Shown piece after piece: positions 1 through 15,424 of a DNA stretch of 64,000 nt. The stretch is from NCBI RefSeq assembly GCF_009914755.1, contig NC_060932.1; one strand, 5' to 3'. Each line of letters starts with the position of its first letter. Position 1 is the stretch's first letter. A model generated the notes under the pieces. The model was given only the letters and a program-made list of their open reading frames with translations. It did no database searches and was not told the DNA's origin. The DNA is from the human T2T-CHM13v2.0 reference genome, Homo sapiens. A program made the position numbers and the translations under genes.

Positions 1-214
1 CCTTTTATTTACTTAATAAATAGATGTCAAATGTGTGGAAAACAACATTTGTTTTTTCAAATACATGTTTATAACACCCTTTGGAGGAAGTAAGCCTCTA
101 GAACATGACAGTCTCTGGGGTATGCTATTTTCAGGTAATTTTAAATGTCGCTTTCCAACAAAAATGCAATACTATTATCTTTTTTTTTAATGACAAAGAA
201 AAGCAAAACAAGTA

Positions 215-308
215 TTATATTGGTGCAAAAGTAATGCAGTTTCTGCCATTTCTCTTAATGCCATTACTCGTAAGGGCAGAAATGACCATTACTTTTGCAT
301 CAACCTAA
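215..308. mobile_element. MADE1 (Hsmar1-derived MITE), full palindrome with duplicated centre
   Basis: TTATATTGGTGCAAAAGTAAT...ATTACTTTTGCATCAACCTAA matches the MADE1 TIRs; TA on both flanks (213-214, 309-310). Confidence 0.9.
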
Positions 309-1089
309 TACCTCCAGATTTTAGATATTTGAGTGCCATTGCTTGATATATCTTTTGTTTTTTCTTCTGGAAATTTTGGTTACTTTAGTTGCATAAAGGA
401 TGACTTCCATTATACCCTGTTAAGCATCTCTGTCTGGTCAGAAGCTACTACTCTGTTCTTTCTAGTTCAGTAGGGAACAATCAGTTTCCTTCTCAATTTT
501 CAGCTAATCTTTATGAATGAAATTTGATTAAATCTAGCAAAACTATGCAAACATCATAACAGCATATGGGGAGCCTTCCTGTAGTACCAGTGGGCTATTT
601 CCGTCTAATAACAGATTCAAAAAATCCAATTAGACAGTTTGAAAAAAGAAAGCCAGAGTTAAAAATATCTGACTGTTTGACTGAGAACAGCAGGGAATGG
701 TTTATAGGCCAATCATTTATGGTGAATAGGATCTTAGTGGTGAGCAACTCACATCTCTAGCCCATTAGAATAATTTGTTACTCATATTGCTCCTAAAGCT
801 TTCTACTTAATTATACCAAGTTAAATAGCAGACATTCTCACTCCCTTTTGATGGAAAATCACATTTATTCACCCACACAATACCATCCTTGGGTGTTAAG
901 GGATGAGAGTTGACCTAATGGGAAGACAAACAAATGGTTTAGGAAATGAGACATGATTTTTTTACACAAAGGTTAATGCACGAGAAAAGAAATGCCTAGG
1001 TCTCTGTCTAATGTCTATGTGTTCTCATCGAATAATTCTTAAATGACCCTATTTAGTTTGATTTTCTAACTACATTAGAAATATATGAA

Positions 1090-1880
<791 letters not shown>

Positions 1881-1914
1881 AGCCTAATATATCATGTAGA
1901 TGAGTGCAAAATGA

Positions 1915-2170
1915 ACACAGAGATTAAGATCATGGGCTTTTCAATGAAGGTCTGAGTTTGAATCCTGTCTCTGCCATTTACTAGCAATATAATTTCAGGA
2001 AATAACTTAACATCTCTGCTCTTCAGTTTCCTCATCTGAAATATAAGGATAATAATGGTATCTGTGCCTTAAGGATGACCAAAGTTATAGATATCTTAAG
2101 AATGAATTAAATGCGTTTCTCTCCATGGACTATTTTAACAATGAATGCCTGACATAGCAATTATGTTCCA
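1915..2170 (+). mobile_element. MIR SINE
   Basis: TTTGAATCCTGTCTCTGCCATTTACTAGC...TCAGTTTCCTCATCTG MIR core. Confidence 0.75.
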
Positions 2171-2617
2171 TAATCACCATTATTTATTTATAAAATTATT
2201 TAGTATTATTTAATACTAACATTCTGGTTTTATAAAACCAAATTTTAAAAATAGATAAGTAAATGAAAGGACAAGGAAAACCTAATTTCACTGTTTTTCT
2301 AGCTTTTTTTATTGCTATAACTTTTATATCATAAATCCACCCATTTGAAGTGTATAGCTCCATTTTACTATACTGTTTTCATTTATAAAAGCCTTTTATA
2401 AATTTATACATACCTTTCAGTGTTGTTTGAATTTTCCATAGCAAGCATTCATAGCATAGTATATCATGTAGCAGGGTTTAAAATAAGCATAGAAGAGGGT
2501 TTCGCCAAAAGATTATTTAAGAAAATCTACTAAAAGAGGGTTCTTCTGAAAAATAAAATGTATTTGCTTTTATCAAATGAGCAAACTTCATCCACTTGGA
2601 GATCACCCACATGTGAA

Positions 2618-2712
2618 TTTCTTTCTTTCTTTCTCTCTTTCCCTTCCTTCCTTCCTTCCTTCCTTCCTTCCTTCCTTCCTTCCTTCCTTCCTTCCTTCTT
2701 ACTTTCTTTCTC
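2618..2712 (+). repeat. (TTTC)n/(CCTT)14 polypyrimidine microsatellite
   Basis: 14 perfect CCTT units at 2642-2697. Confidence 0.97.
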
Positions 2713-3060
2713 TGATGGTAAGTTACATTAGAGGACAGGAAGGCTCAGTGATCAGTTTTGATGGGATGGCTGCACAGAGGCACATGGAGATGAAGCAAGG
2801 AAGCCACCTTCAGCTTCTGGGTCTCTTTGTTATACAGGAAAGGAAGTCAACTGGGGTAAACCTGTTTGGAAAGGATTGAGTCCTTCTCTCAATTTTGAAG
2901 GGATGATTTTTTAGTTCTTCAGATTTATCTTCTGTAAATAAATTTCTTCAGAAGCTTCCTGCAATATGATAAACACAAATGATTAGGAAGTGTTTTGTAA
3001 GGATTGGGGACTAAAGAAATTATTGATGAAGCCAGAATGTGTCAAAAAGGTGTCGTAAAG

Positions 3061-3426
3061 CAGCAATACTTAAACATTTTGGTCTCAGAGTCCCTTTACA
3101 ATCCAGGACCCAAAGAGGTTTTTTTGTGTTTGTTTTTTGTTTTTTTCTAAAATGGGTTATACCTATCATTTTTTTCATATTAGAAATTAAAACTGAGAAA
3201 TGTTTGAACACAGGAATACCCAAGTACATATTCCAGTGATCAGCAGAGCAATGGCATCATCACATCATATTGCCTCCAGAAAATCCCACTGACAATTTGT
3301 TGAAGACTAAAAGGGAAAAAGCCAAACACCTTAGTATGCTGTAAAAATAGCTTTCATCTCACAGACCTCCCGAAAGGGTCTTGAAGATCCATGAGCAATC
3401 CCTGGACCACACTTTGAGAACCGCTT
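3061..3426. mobile_element. hAT-Charlie non-autonomous DNA transposon (Charlie1/MER119-like)
   Basis: Ends CAGCAATACTTAAAC...CACACTTTGAGAACCGCT; degenerate 8-bp TSD TCGTAAAG/TTGTAACG. Confidence 0.75.
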
Positions 3427-3899
3427 TTGTAACGTGTGACCTTCCCTTATCCTCTGCCATGCAAAACTATCTCAGAATCTAAGATTGTCTACAGCCACGG
3501 TACAACCAGCTCTGAGACTTTGAAGATAAGAAAAGATGAACTTCATCACTAAAAAAGCCAAAGTAGTTGAAAGCAAACACTAGCTGAATTTTCTTCCTCC
3601 AAGCCTACAGACCACCTCACGTAGTAGCTGTAGTGGGAGCTGCTCCCAAGATTTGATAAGAATTAGTAAAGAGGTTTATAAGACCGTGTGTGCAGAGTCT
3701 CACAGTTGCTGATACTTGTTGGGCTTAGCTTTATCTCTGTCTACAGTAGCAGCCCAGGACAAAACATTCATATGATATTCTCTCTTTCTTCTTTAACCAT
3801 AGATAAATGTCCCAAGAAAAGGGAAGAGAAACAGAAAAATCATACATGCTAAACACCAGTTTATTAAATATATTTGTTGCTGTTTTTCTTTTTTACTTG

Positions 3900-6000
3900 G
3901 TTGCTCACAATATTAATACACCCTCTTTATAAAACATGAAAGCAATACAAAAGTATAATGAGTAAAATGAGAATCCTAAAATGTTTTCTTCCATAATCCT
4001 CTCTCTAATCGCATTTCTCAGAGATAACTGTGTTAGCATTTTGGTGTGTTTCTTATAGCCCTTTTTGTTGTCAAAAATAAGCAAAGATAAAGGGGAAAGA
4101 TTTTGTTCTGTTTCTTTTTTCTATATACACAGTATATCTTGGAGATAGTTTCAAGTGCCAAATACATGCATTTATTTTTTTCACAGAATGCAAGTCATGT
4201 CATAGCATGGATGAAGTTGGGTTTATTTAATCATTCACTAGTTGGCAGGTATTTAGGTTGTTTACAGTTTTTCCATTTTAGAAACAGTGTTCCCATGTAA
4301 AGAATGTCCCTTGTGCATAAATCGTTGTGACATGTGTTGGAATCTCAAAAGTGGAATTGCTGAGCCAGGGGCATCCTCATTTTAAAATTTAATAGACATC
4401 ATCATTATCCTCTAGCATGCACATCACTTTACACAACTGATGGTAATTTATGAGGAATTCTATGTCCCCTCACTCCAACACTGCATCTAGTCACTCTTTG
4501 AAAATTGTCCAGTCTAATGGGTGAATTATGGCATCTTGCTTTGTTATGCATTTCTGTGATTACCAGTGAACTTGAACATCTTTCCATATTTTTATTTATG
4601 TTTAACATCGAAACACGTTACGTTTTGAATATTTTCCTCTACTCTATTACTGCCTTTTATCCTTGATTATAGTTTCTTCCATCACACAGCAGGCTTGAAT
4701 TTTTGTGTACTTAAATTTGCCAATCTTTTCATTTCTGGTTCCTGAGTTTTTTTGTTTAACTTAGGAACCACCTCCTCCCATACTATCTCCAAGGATAGAA
4801 AAATACTGTTTTCTCCTAGAGCTTTTGTGAACTTTATTTTTTACAATTATATCTTTAGTCCATTGATGGCTGTGCCTTTTAAATAATGAAAAGTCCATAT
4901 TTAAGTTATTTTTTTCCCAAATAGATAAACATTTGCCTTACAGGATTTAGTAAGCATTTTATCCTTTCTTCCTACATTTGAATTGCCACCTTTAACACAG
5001 GGATATTAGGTAACTTAAGAGGTAAATGTGTGTTTCTTGAATCCCAGATCTACCACTTAAAAATTATGTAAGGTTTGATTTACTGATTCATTTTTCCTGC
5101 CCCACCAACTTCATGACCATAAAATAGGGGCAGGGGAGAAGGAAATGATAAGACTTAGCATATTATACCATATGGAAATTAAATAATACACATAAAATAC
5201 TTAAAATAGTGTCAGGCAATTTAAGAGCACTCAGTAAAGTTAGCTCTTATTAAATTTTTGCAACTCCATGTATACCTGGGATCTGTTTCTGGTTTGTTCA
5301 TGGCAGCATTGTCAACTAAAACTTTCTGTGCTATTCAGTGTGATAGTTATTGGACACAATGACCACTGAAAACATGGCTAGAATGATGGGAAAATTAAAA
5401 TTTTAATTAATTTTAATTTAAAGATAAACAGCCACATGTGGTCAGTAGGTACCATATTGGACAGGAGAATGCCCATATAGTATTTTCCATGAGCTTTCAT
5501 GAGTTATGCTTTATTATATAAACCAGATTTTATTTAAGAACTCATATGGACTAGATTATGAATTTTATGAGATGATTTTCCTTGAGTCATCAAGAAGAAC
5601 ACAGTTTTTTTCTTTAATCTGTTAAAGTTGGGAAGTATTAATATAAATCTAGTTCCTACTTGAAATCAACATTCCAGCAATAAACCTTATTGGTTCTTGT
5701 TATTCTTTGACCTCACGGTTAAATTTGATTTGCTAATTTTGGTTAGAGCTCTTCTATATTCATATTTGAGATTATTTTAAATTTGCATTGTGCATTGACT
5801 GTGAGATGAGTATTTTGTTGGCTTGGTAAAATGAATTAGGAGACTTCATATTCTAAATTCTGAAATAGTTTGAATATTGGAGTTATTATCTGTTCTTGGG
5901 AGATGGTTTTTATCACCAGTTCCCCTAAACTCCTTTTTACCTTGAGGTAAAGCAAAGTCTACCTTACTATTTCTTGTATGGTGATTGGCTATTCAGGTTT
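3900..6000 (-). mobile_element. Fragmented ancient L1ME-type element with nested MIR (~5000-5250) and MER3
   Basis: GGTATTTAGGTTGTTTACAGTTTTT, AAGTGGAATTGCTGAG and GCATTTCTGTGATTACCAGTGAACTTGAACATCTTT are antisense L1M motifs. Confidence 0.65.
5304..5468. mobile_element. MER3-like hAT-Charlie MITE
   Basis: TTTTAATTAATTTTAATTTAAA...AGCCACATGTGGTCAGTAGGTACCATATTGGACAG. Confidence 0.7.
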
Positions 6001-6055
6001 TCTATCTATTATTAAGACAATTTTGAACTCACTGGTGCTCCAAAGAAAATCTGAA

Positions 6056-6555
6056 TCATTCTATTACAAAGATACAGGCTCACATATGTTCACTGCAGCA
6101 CTCTTCACAATAGCAAAGACATGGAATTTACCCAAATACCCATCATTGATAGACTGGATAAAGAAAATGTGGTACATATACACCATGGAATACTATGCAG
6201 CCATAAAAAGGAAGAAGATCATATCCTTTGCAGGGACATGGATGGAGCTAGAAGCTATTATCCTCAGCAAACTAACACAGGAACAGAAAACCAAACACCA
6301 CATGTTCTTACTTATAAATGGGGGCTGAAAAATGAGAGCACATGGACACAGGAGGGTAACAACACACACTGGGGCCTGTCGGGGAGCATGGGAGGGAGAA
6401 CATCAGAATAAATAGCTAATGCATGTTGGGCTTAATACATAGGTGATGGGTCGATAGGTGCAGCAAACCACCATGGCACATGTTTACCTATGTGACAAAC
6501 CTGCACATCTTGCACATGTATCCCGGAACTTAAAATTTTAAAAAAATTTAAAAAA
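6056..6555 (+). mobile_element. 5'-truncated L1PA (older, ~L1PA13-16) 3' end
   Basis: ORF2 C-terminus (ALFTIAKTWN...WIKKMWYIYTMEYY), 3'UTR and A tail; 14-bp TSD AAAGAAAATCTGAA at 6042 and 6556. Confidence 0.93.
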
Positions 6556-6635
6556 AAAGAAAATCTGAACTTGGGTAGCAATATCTCTACCTAATGATAC
6601 TCTTGATTTTTAAGTACTTAAAATGAGTCTGAAAC

Positions 6636-7210
6636 TGTAGAGGAAGAAAAATTCTTCCTACCACCCTCCTCCTTTCTCTGGCTGGGGCTTTGTAAATTGG
6701 ACTGACAAAGACGGCTTAACAAGAGAGAAGCAGGAGTTTATTAGTGTGTGCATTGGGCTCACACGTGGGAGCACTCAGACGTGAGTAACTCCAAGGGCTG
6801 GTAAGACCTTGAGCTAATATAGAATCTCAGCAAAGGAACAATAAATTTTTAGAGAAATGACAAGACATAGGAACGAACTTTGAGTTTCTAGGGTGGCAGA
6901 CTGTGGGAAAGCAAATATATGGGAAACCTATTGTAGATAAAGATTAGTTAGGGAAGTTTATGTGGATGCCTGTGGTTCCGTCTCTGGACTCCTAAGGGTC
7001 TAGAGTTGTCTCTGATGATTAACTTTTATCCTTCCTAGTAGAGAGGGGAGGGAAAACACCTTTGCAAATTTGTGTCCTGCTTTTAGGCAAACAGGGGCAG
7101 GGCAGAGAGCTTTTCTTATAGCTGTTTTCTCTCAAAATTCTGTCTTCGCATCAAAATAATCCCAATGCCAAAGTGGCGTGTTTTGGGGTGGCATATTCGG
7201 CTACCCTACA
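6636..7210 (-). mobile_element. MER34-family ERV1 solo LTR
   Basis: TG...CA ends; minus strand begins TGTAGGGTAGCCGAATATGCCACCCCAAAACACGCCACTTTGGCA like MER34. Confidence 0.8.
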
Positions 7211-7346
7211 GGACCTATGCAAAGATATATCTTTATATATATTTAAACCATAGTTTTCAACAAAGTTGGAAACAAGAATAAGGATTGATTTAAAAGATAT
7301 TATATAGCCATTGACATCATGCTGCATAAAACCTATTTAATTCTCA

Positions 7347-7600
<254 letters not shown>

Positions 7601-7928
7601 TTCTTTTTCCTTTTCTTTCAAGGAAAAATCAGAAAATGAGTGGTTGATCTTAGTTCAATTAAAGAAAACAAAACAAACCTGCTGGGTGCCTCCTCTGCTC
7701 TAAATACTAAGCAAGAAATAAAGTGAATAAGCCCCTGCCAGTCATGTAACTAAACTCTGAATGAGGGAAGTAGCTAAAATGTTACACATAAAAGAAAGCT
7801 GAATGGGAAAAATGCATGGAAATTATGAGTTTAGGGACATTTTCACTTGGCCAAATGCCCCATTCTCTTTCTCTACTTCCAGGTCATTGTGATAGGTATT
7901 TTAAATGAACTTGAATAATCCCTTAGGA

Positions 7929-8093
7929 CAGGGTTGCCTGATGAAATGGGGGACACCCAGTCAAATTGGAATTTCAGATAAACAACAAATAATTTTTAGC
8001 AGAATTGTGTCCTATGCTTACTTATACTAATATATATACATATATTTTATTTGCCTGAAATTCATATTTATCTGCACTATATCTGGAAACATT
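7929..8093. mobile_element. MER53 hAT MITE
   Basis: AGGGTTGCCTGATGAAA...GAATTTCAGATAAACAACAAATAATTTTTAG matches MER53. Confidence 0.8.
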
Positions 8094-8369
8094 AAGAATA
8101 AATTGTAACATCTTGTATTTGTATAAGGCAACATTTTACCAATCTTTTCTTCAGAATACTAGTTTTATGAAACTCAGCAAAAAGGGCTATGTGGTCCCAA
8201 AAGTTGAGAAGGCATTTCGTGCTATAGCTCCTCTTGCTTACAGCTGTTAACTTGGAGTGATAATCACCTGTTCTGACAACCAGCATAGACTGGACTCCTT
8301 CTAGCTGTTAACACCTCTGCAGCAGGACTGAGAAAGGACTGGAGAGCCACGTGCTATGGTTTACACCTC

Positions 8370-8560
8370 TGAGCATTTGCTGTGTGCCAGCCATCACACT
8401 ACATGCTTTACATACTTCATCTCACTAATCCTCACACACTTATGAGGAAACTACTGAGAGTGTATGCATGAGGAAATGCCTCAGAGAGGTTCAGCAACTT
8501 GCCCAAGGTCTCACAGTTGTAAGGGACAGAGTCTGAATCTATTGCCTCTATACTTAATCA
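8370..8560 (-). mobile_element. MIR SINE
   Basis: CTCAGAGAGGTTCAGCAACTTGCCCAAGGTCTCACAG. Confidence 0.8.
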
Positions 8561-9803
<1,243 letters not shown>

Positions 9804-9804
9804 A

Positions 9805-10270
<466 letters not shown>

Positions 10271-11029
10271 GATGAGTGACCCTGCCCACACCTAACGGAG
10301 CGTCCCCTGCTCTGCTAGTCAGTCAACAGAACACCAGCCAATTTCTCTAAGCCAAGAGCTGGTTATTTCCAACCTCCCCTGGAAGAGTTTACTTAATACC
10401 ATAAGAAGTAATTTTCTCTTCCATCTACTGCAAGAAAAAACTGGATATTGCAATTGCCATCCTTTTTGAGTTAAAATACTCTACATTTTTAAACAAATAA
10501 ATAAAAAAGCTTAACCATTTTGAAATTACCAGTAGGGAAGAAATCGGGTGAAAAAGGAGAGGAACCATGCATTACTGAGAATACTCCTGTCCCAAATCTC
10601 TCTCCATATCCATTTCTTAAATTTATTCATTCATTTTAAAAACTCAACTTACAATTCTTGAAATCTTTACCTAGGATATGTCAGCCAGTATTCTAGACAT
10701 CTGGTATACATCATAGAACAAAACAGTCCTGCCCCCATGAAGTTTCATTCTAGCTTACCCCTAGTATATGCCAGGCTCTGAACTAAGTCTAAAACAGATG
10801 ATCCCTGCCCTTCCAGCTCCCTGCAAAGCCAGCATTAATAATAGGAGGGCTTTTTACAGAAAATGAAACTGTGACTTGTTTAAGTTACAACCTGTGAGTG
10901 TTGAAGTCAGAGTACCAGTCTTTCCTGTATACCTTACCACCTATTTGAAAAATGATGGATAGTTATCTTAAACGGTGAAGAATTAGTGTAAGTTCTTAAA
11001 CAAAATAGTGGCGATATTAAGATCATGCT

Positions 11030-11423
11030 TGAGAAACCTAATTCTTGCTGTCTCCTTACATATTTTAAGTTTGGCCTAACTCTGTCTCTGTGCATAGTGA
11101 GCTGTAATGTAACTGGATGTGTAAATAGATTGTAGCCTACTCTTGTGCCAATCTCCAAGTTTTGGCCAATCAAAGGTGGCCAACCATTCAAACCATGTTC
11201 AAGTAAGGCAAACATCAAGCTGTAACCAACCCAACTATTTTTGTACCTTGCTTCCATTTTCCATATGTCACTTTTCTTTTTCTGTTCATAAATTCTCTCC
11301 TACCACGTGGCATCACGGGGGTGCTCTGAACCTCTTCTGGTTCTGGGGCTGATCCATTCATGACTCATTCTTTGCTCAATTAAAGTCTGATAATTTAATT
11401 TGTCTAAAGTTTTCCTTTTAACA
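11030..11423 (+). mobile_element. MER57-family ERV1 solo LTR
   Basis: CTCCTTACATATTTTAAGTTTGGCCTAA...CCAATC repeats...GCTCAATTAAA...TTTTAACA end; 5' boundary approximate. Confidence 0.85.
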
Positions 11424-13309
11424 CGACCAAGAGTCACAGACTGCTTAGTCTGGAGAAGCTACTCTTGGCTCTATGCAGTCCACAAAAAATGACATTTAGA
11501 AATGGTTTTCCTTCCCTGGTCTCCAGAGAAGCAGCGGCTTTCATACTCTGAAATGCAGCATCCTCATCTGTAAGATGCAGGTGCTAAATGATGACTGTTG
11601 TTCTTTCAAATGTTAACTTTCTATGAGTCACTTCTTCATTGTATGTGTCAAGAAGCACAACCTCGAAAGCCTGCCTTTGACAATGCTTAGAGGTTAGAGG
11701 ATGCCAAATGAGCCTCATCTTCTTTGGCTACTGAGTTAATAACCATCCTTCATTTATCTCAGGGAGCAAAGGCAGGATTTCCGTGGGTGTCCAAGGTCCT
11801 TACTCACAGTCAGGATGCATGGCAGTACCCTTAATAACTACAGATTCAGAATCACAGAAGACATTTACCGAATATGTATTTTCTGCCAAACCCTGTGCCA
11901 GGTGTTATTAGAACATTACTTATGAAATATTTGGTAGTGTGGATGAAGAGGCAGCTTTTCCTGCTTACACAATACAGAAATATGATTTCAAAAATCTATT
12001 AAAATTTTATTAATCTCAGAAGGCATGATTTCTAATTGTGTTTGATCTTACACTTGTTATGATTTAGGAATTCACATCTGAGTTGGTTGCATGATGCTAT
12101 AGTTGGCAACATGATTCTGACCGCCACCATCACAAATAGAGGTTAGAAAATATTACTTATGTGAAAATAAATGCCATTTCTGGCACCTAAAACAGCTCTT
12201 TTCTCACCTTCCTATGATGAGGTTTTATTGAGCTTTTGCAGGAAAGAAAAGAAAGAAATCTGCATTCAGGTTTCAGGAGTAAAGAGGCTGCTCATTAACA
12301 AAGCCGTTTCAAAATCTATTGAAATGCTCCACCACGAATACATGCCCTATTACTAAAATCACTGTCATTTCTATGCTTTTCTTCTCCCTTCAATCACATA
12401 CCACCCAGTTTTCAGTTCCTATAATTGCCAAAAGCCATTTATGAATCTGCCTTATTGTATGGGTTACAAACGTCTATTTTCCTGCTCTGTTCATACACAT
12501 TTGGGAGCACCTTAAGATGCTGAAACACTGACAAATGCTTAATATATTTCATTTGAAAGAATTATGATCTAAATCTTAAAGAAACAGTGAGTAAAGTGCA
12601 GTTTCTGCTGCTTGGTTACTGTAGTTCATTCGGGGAATTTCATCTTGGTCGTGTTGAATGCAGTGGTTAGATCCTGTGAAGTTGTTTAATTAAAGGTGTT
12701 CTAGTAGTCAAAGCCATGTCTAAAACCCCGTTTGTTTAATTCTTTAGTAATGTCAACATTCCTAAATTTCATGTAGCCTAAGAGATTTTTCCACTGGCTT
12801 CAAATCTGAGCTTTGCCACTTTGGTGTCCTTTGCTATGAATGTTCAATGAGGCGTTCTGAGATCACCAAGAATAGAAGAGACACACCCCCGGCTGTCAGA
12901 AGTTTAACCTTGGAGAATGCCATGAAGGGCAATTCTGGAAGAAAAAAGAGAAGGGAATTCCTCGTAGGTTTAAGATCAGAAAGTGGGGAAGGCGGGGGTG
13001 CTCTTAAATGCATCAGCCCTACTGCCAGCACAGTGGGGACTATTAACACATCATATTTTTTTTTTCCTGCAGTTACTCAACCTTGCAGTGGGACAAGTTG
13101 CTCAATGACTTACCAGGAGACAATTGTTATTTTTAAAAATGTCTTTCTTATTTTAACTACAAGGACTTGGCTTGCTTAGAGGCTCTTGCTCAGGAGTCTT
13201 TAAATGCAAATGAGGGAAACCCCAGGTTATAAAGCATCTGCTTCTGCAGGTTTTCAATCCTGTTACCTTAGCAACATTTGCCCTTGTATTCCACGCATCA
13301 CCTTGACAG

Positions 13310-13800
13310 CCTGCATAATATAAGGGACGGAGCGGAGCAGGGGCTCGGGGTGGGAGCCTGGAAAGAAAACTGGGGCTCAAGGAGGTTTAATATCGGTTAG
13401 TAGCTTGGGATCCTTCGGATAACGGCTGGGCAATGAAAATAAAAAGCCCCATTTCCAGAAATCAAAGAACTTGGGGAGAAATAAACACGCTGGTTCAAAG
13501 GAGGGGAAAATATATCAGAACTAGTCGGACCTAAGGGAGCAGATATTTTCCAAAAATATCCTTCCCACCAGCCATGCTGCAGATGTGTCACTGTGGCTCA
13601 GAGGCAGGCCATCTGCTGCAGTGTTTCCCTGGAAACCCCCAGCAACGCCCCTCCCGGAGCTCCTCCGCGGTCTCCCCCACTCCATCCCCGCGCAGCGGAG
13701 GAGCTTGCCGGTGATGTCACTGCTGCTAGCTGGGAGGGAATCCCAGGACCTGCGTCCCTCGGGTAGAGCCAATCATGGTCGGCTCTGGATGCTGGAAACC
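13310..13800. promoter_or_regulatory. Small CpG-enriched promoter-like region; direction uncertain
   Basis: Highest non-repeat CpG/GC density in the window; GC box CGCCCCTCCC (13646-13655), CRE-like GTGATGTCAC (13711-13720), CCAAT box AGCCAATCA (13767-13775), TATA-like TAATATAA (~13316-13323); minus-strand donors nearby. Confidence 0.65.
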
Positions 13801-14935
13801 TGGGGCTTTTAACCAGAAAGAATTGCAAAAGCAATATGCAATTCATCACAGTCCACAAAGCACAGTTCCTAACAGATTCTGAAAACGTGATTTTAAAAAA
13901 AATGAGATTTATCCGTAAACGAGGGCTAGGCTACAGTTGGTAGGGCGGCTGTCAATTCTTCTACGGAGTTTTAACCTACACTCAATGGATGCATGAAAAA
14001 AAGAAATGAAATGATTTTTTTAGCTACTTTAAAAAATAAAGGTAATGAATATTTCTTATCTATATGCATATATATATATTTCATTATAATTGTTGCTTCT
14101 GCAGAAAATTGGGATAGAAATCTCAGATGAGCTGTAGTTACACGGAGATCTACAGCAATGCAATGTTTAGCTAGCATGCATTTTGTCATCCAAGGCTAGT
14201 AGGTGAAATATTTCCTTTACCTGTCTTGATGCACGGTGGAGAAATGAGACCCGCTTCGTTTTCCCTCTAATCTAGAGAGTTAACCTCCTCCAGGTAGGGT
14301 TGAAAATATGAACAGAGCTGCTTTTGCAAGACTGTGTTGCCTCTAAATGTGATTTAACTCGCATATTCAGAATCTTAGCAAAAATAAATAAATAAATAGT
14401 AAGATGGGGTAAGGCAAATACATAGATATTTTGGAGATCTTATCCCTTATTCAAGGACTGTAGATTATTACAGCTTTGTTGTCATATTATTTCTAGGCAG
14501 TAAATCATAGTAAAGTAGTAAATTCATAGGGAATGAATTAATCTCCTTTTTGTTTTGTTTTCTCTGAAAAAGAGGGTGTGATTACAGCATATATTGATTG
14601 GGTACTGATTATGGGACATTTTCATTGTATTTGTTGTTGTTGCAGTAGACTAAATGTCGAGCCCGTGAATCTCTTGTGTTGGCATTGTCAGAAAAAAGTT
14701 GTATTTTTTTTAAACTGGTCTAAAAGGAAAAAAATTGAACATATATCTTTATATTTTTTTTGCTCTCTTCTCAACCATGTTTAGTGTTTTGTTTATATTC
14801 AAAGGATTTTATTTTCACACTTACAATTCTTTACTTGTCTGTCATTCAAATCTTTGTTACCAAAACAGTTTGCTCTTTTTCATCATTCACTAAGCATTCC
14901 TTTCACAGCTAAGCTAAAGTGTCTATATGGAAACA

Positions 14936-14936
14936 T

Positions 14937-14975
<39 letters not shown>

Positions 14976-14984
14976 CACACACAC
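14936..14984 (+). repeat. (CA)n microsatellite
   Basis: About 15 perfect CA units plus degenerate flanks. Confidence 0.97.
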
Positions 14985-15380
14985 TTTTTCCAGGCCACAG
15001 ACAGGAAGATATGTGTAAATGTATACATGTTTTCAGTAGCATATATACACAAGGGTCTCCAATAAGATTTTTCTAGAAACAAAGGCTGATACTACTTCAT
15101 TTCATATTATTGTAAAGTGCTAATTCTAAGTAAAAGTAGACTAAAAAAGAGATAAAAATAAAGATAAAAATGAGTGGGCTCTCACAACCTTGTTTTTTTC
15201 TTTTTGTTTTTCACTTACTCTCTTGGCTTTTTAACTCCTTCCTTCTCTGCCTCTTATGAATGACACCAGGAAGAGTTATTGTAAACAATTGGAATTTCTA
15301 AAGTTCTGTGTAACTGTTAGTATATTCACTATATGCATGGTATAATTTATAAAATTAATCTTTGAAACTGTTAACCCCTA

Positions 15381-15424
15381 GAAACAGAAAGAAAGAAAGA
15401 AAAAAAGAAAGAAACATAAAGAAA
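15381..15424 (+). repeat. (GAAA)n low-complexity tract
   Basis: GAAACAGAAAGAAAGAAAGAAAAAAAGAAAGAAAC. Confidence 0.85.

Noticed and set aside
12121-12131. CCGCCACCATC Kozak look-alike on the + strand
   Set aside because: Reads ATC, not ATG
13580-13600. CAGTG loop on the minus strand resembling an iron-responsive element
   Set aside because: Flanks GAGCCA and CACATC do not form the required upper stem
13100-14300. Naming the host gene
   Set aside because: No coding exon or UTR that I can reliably recognise; BLAT would settle it
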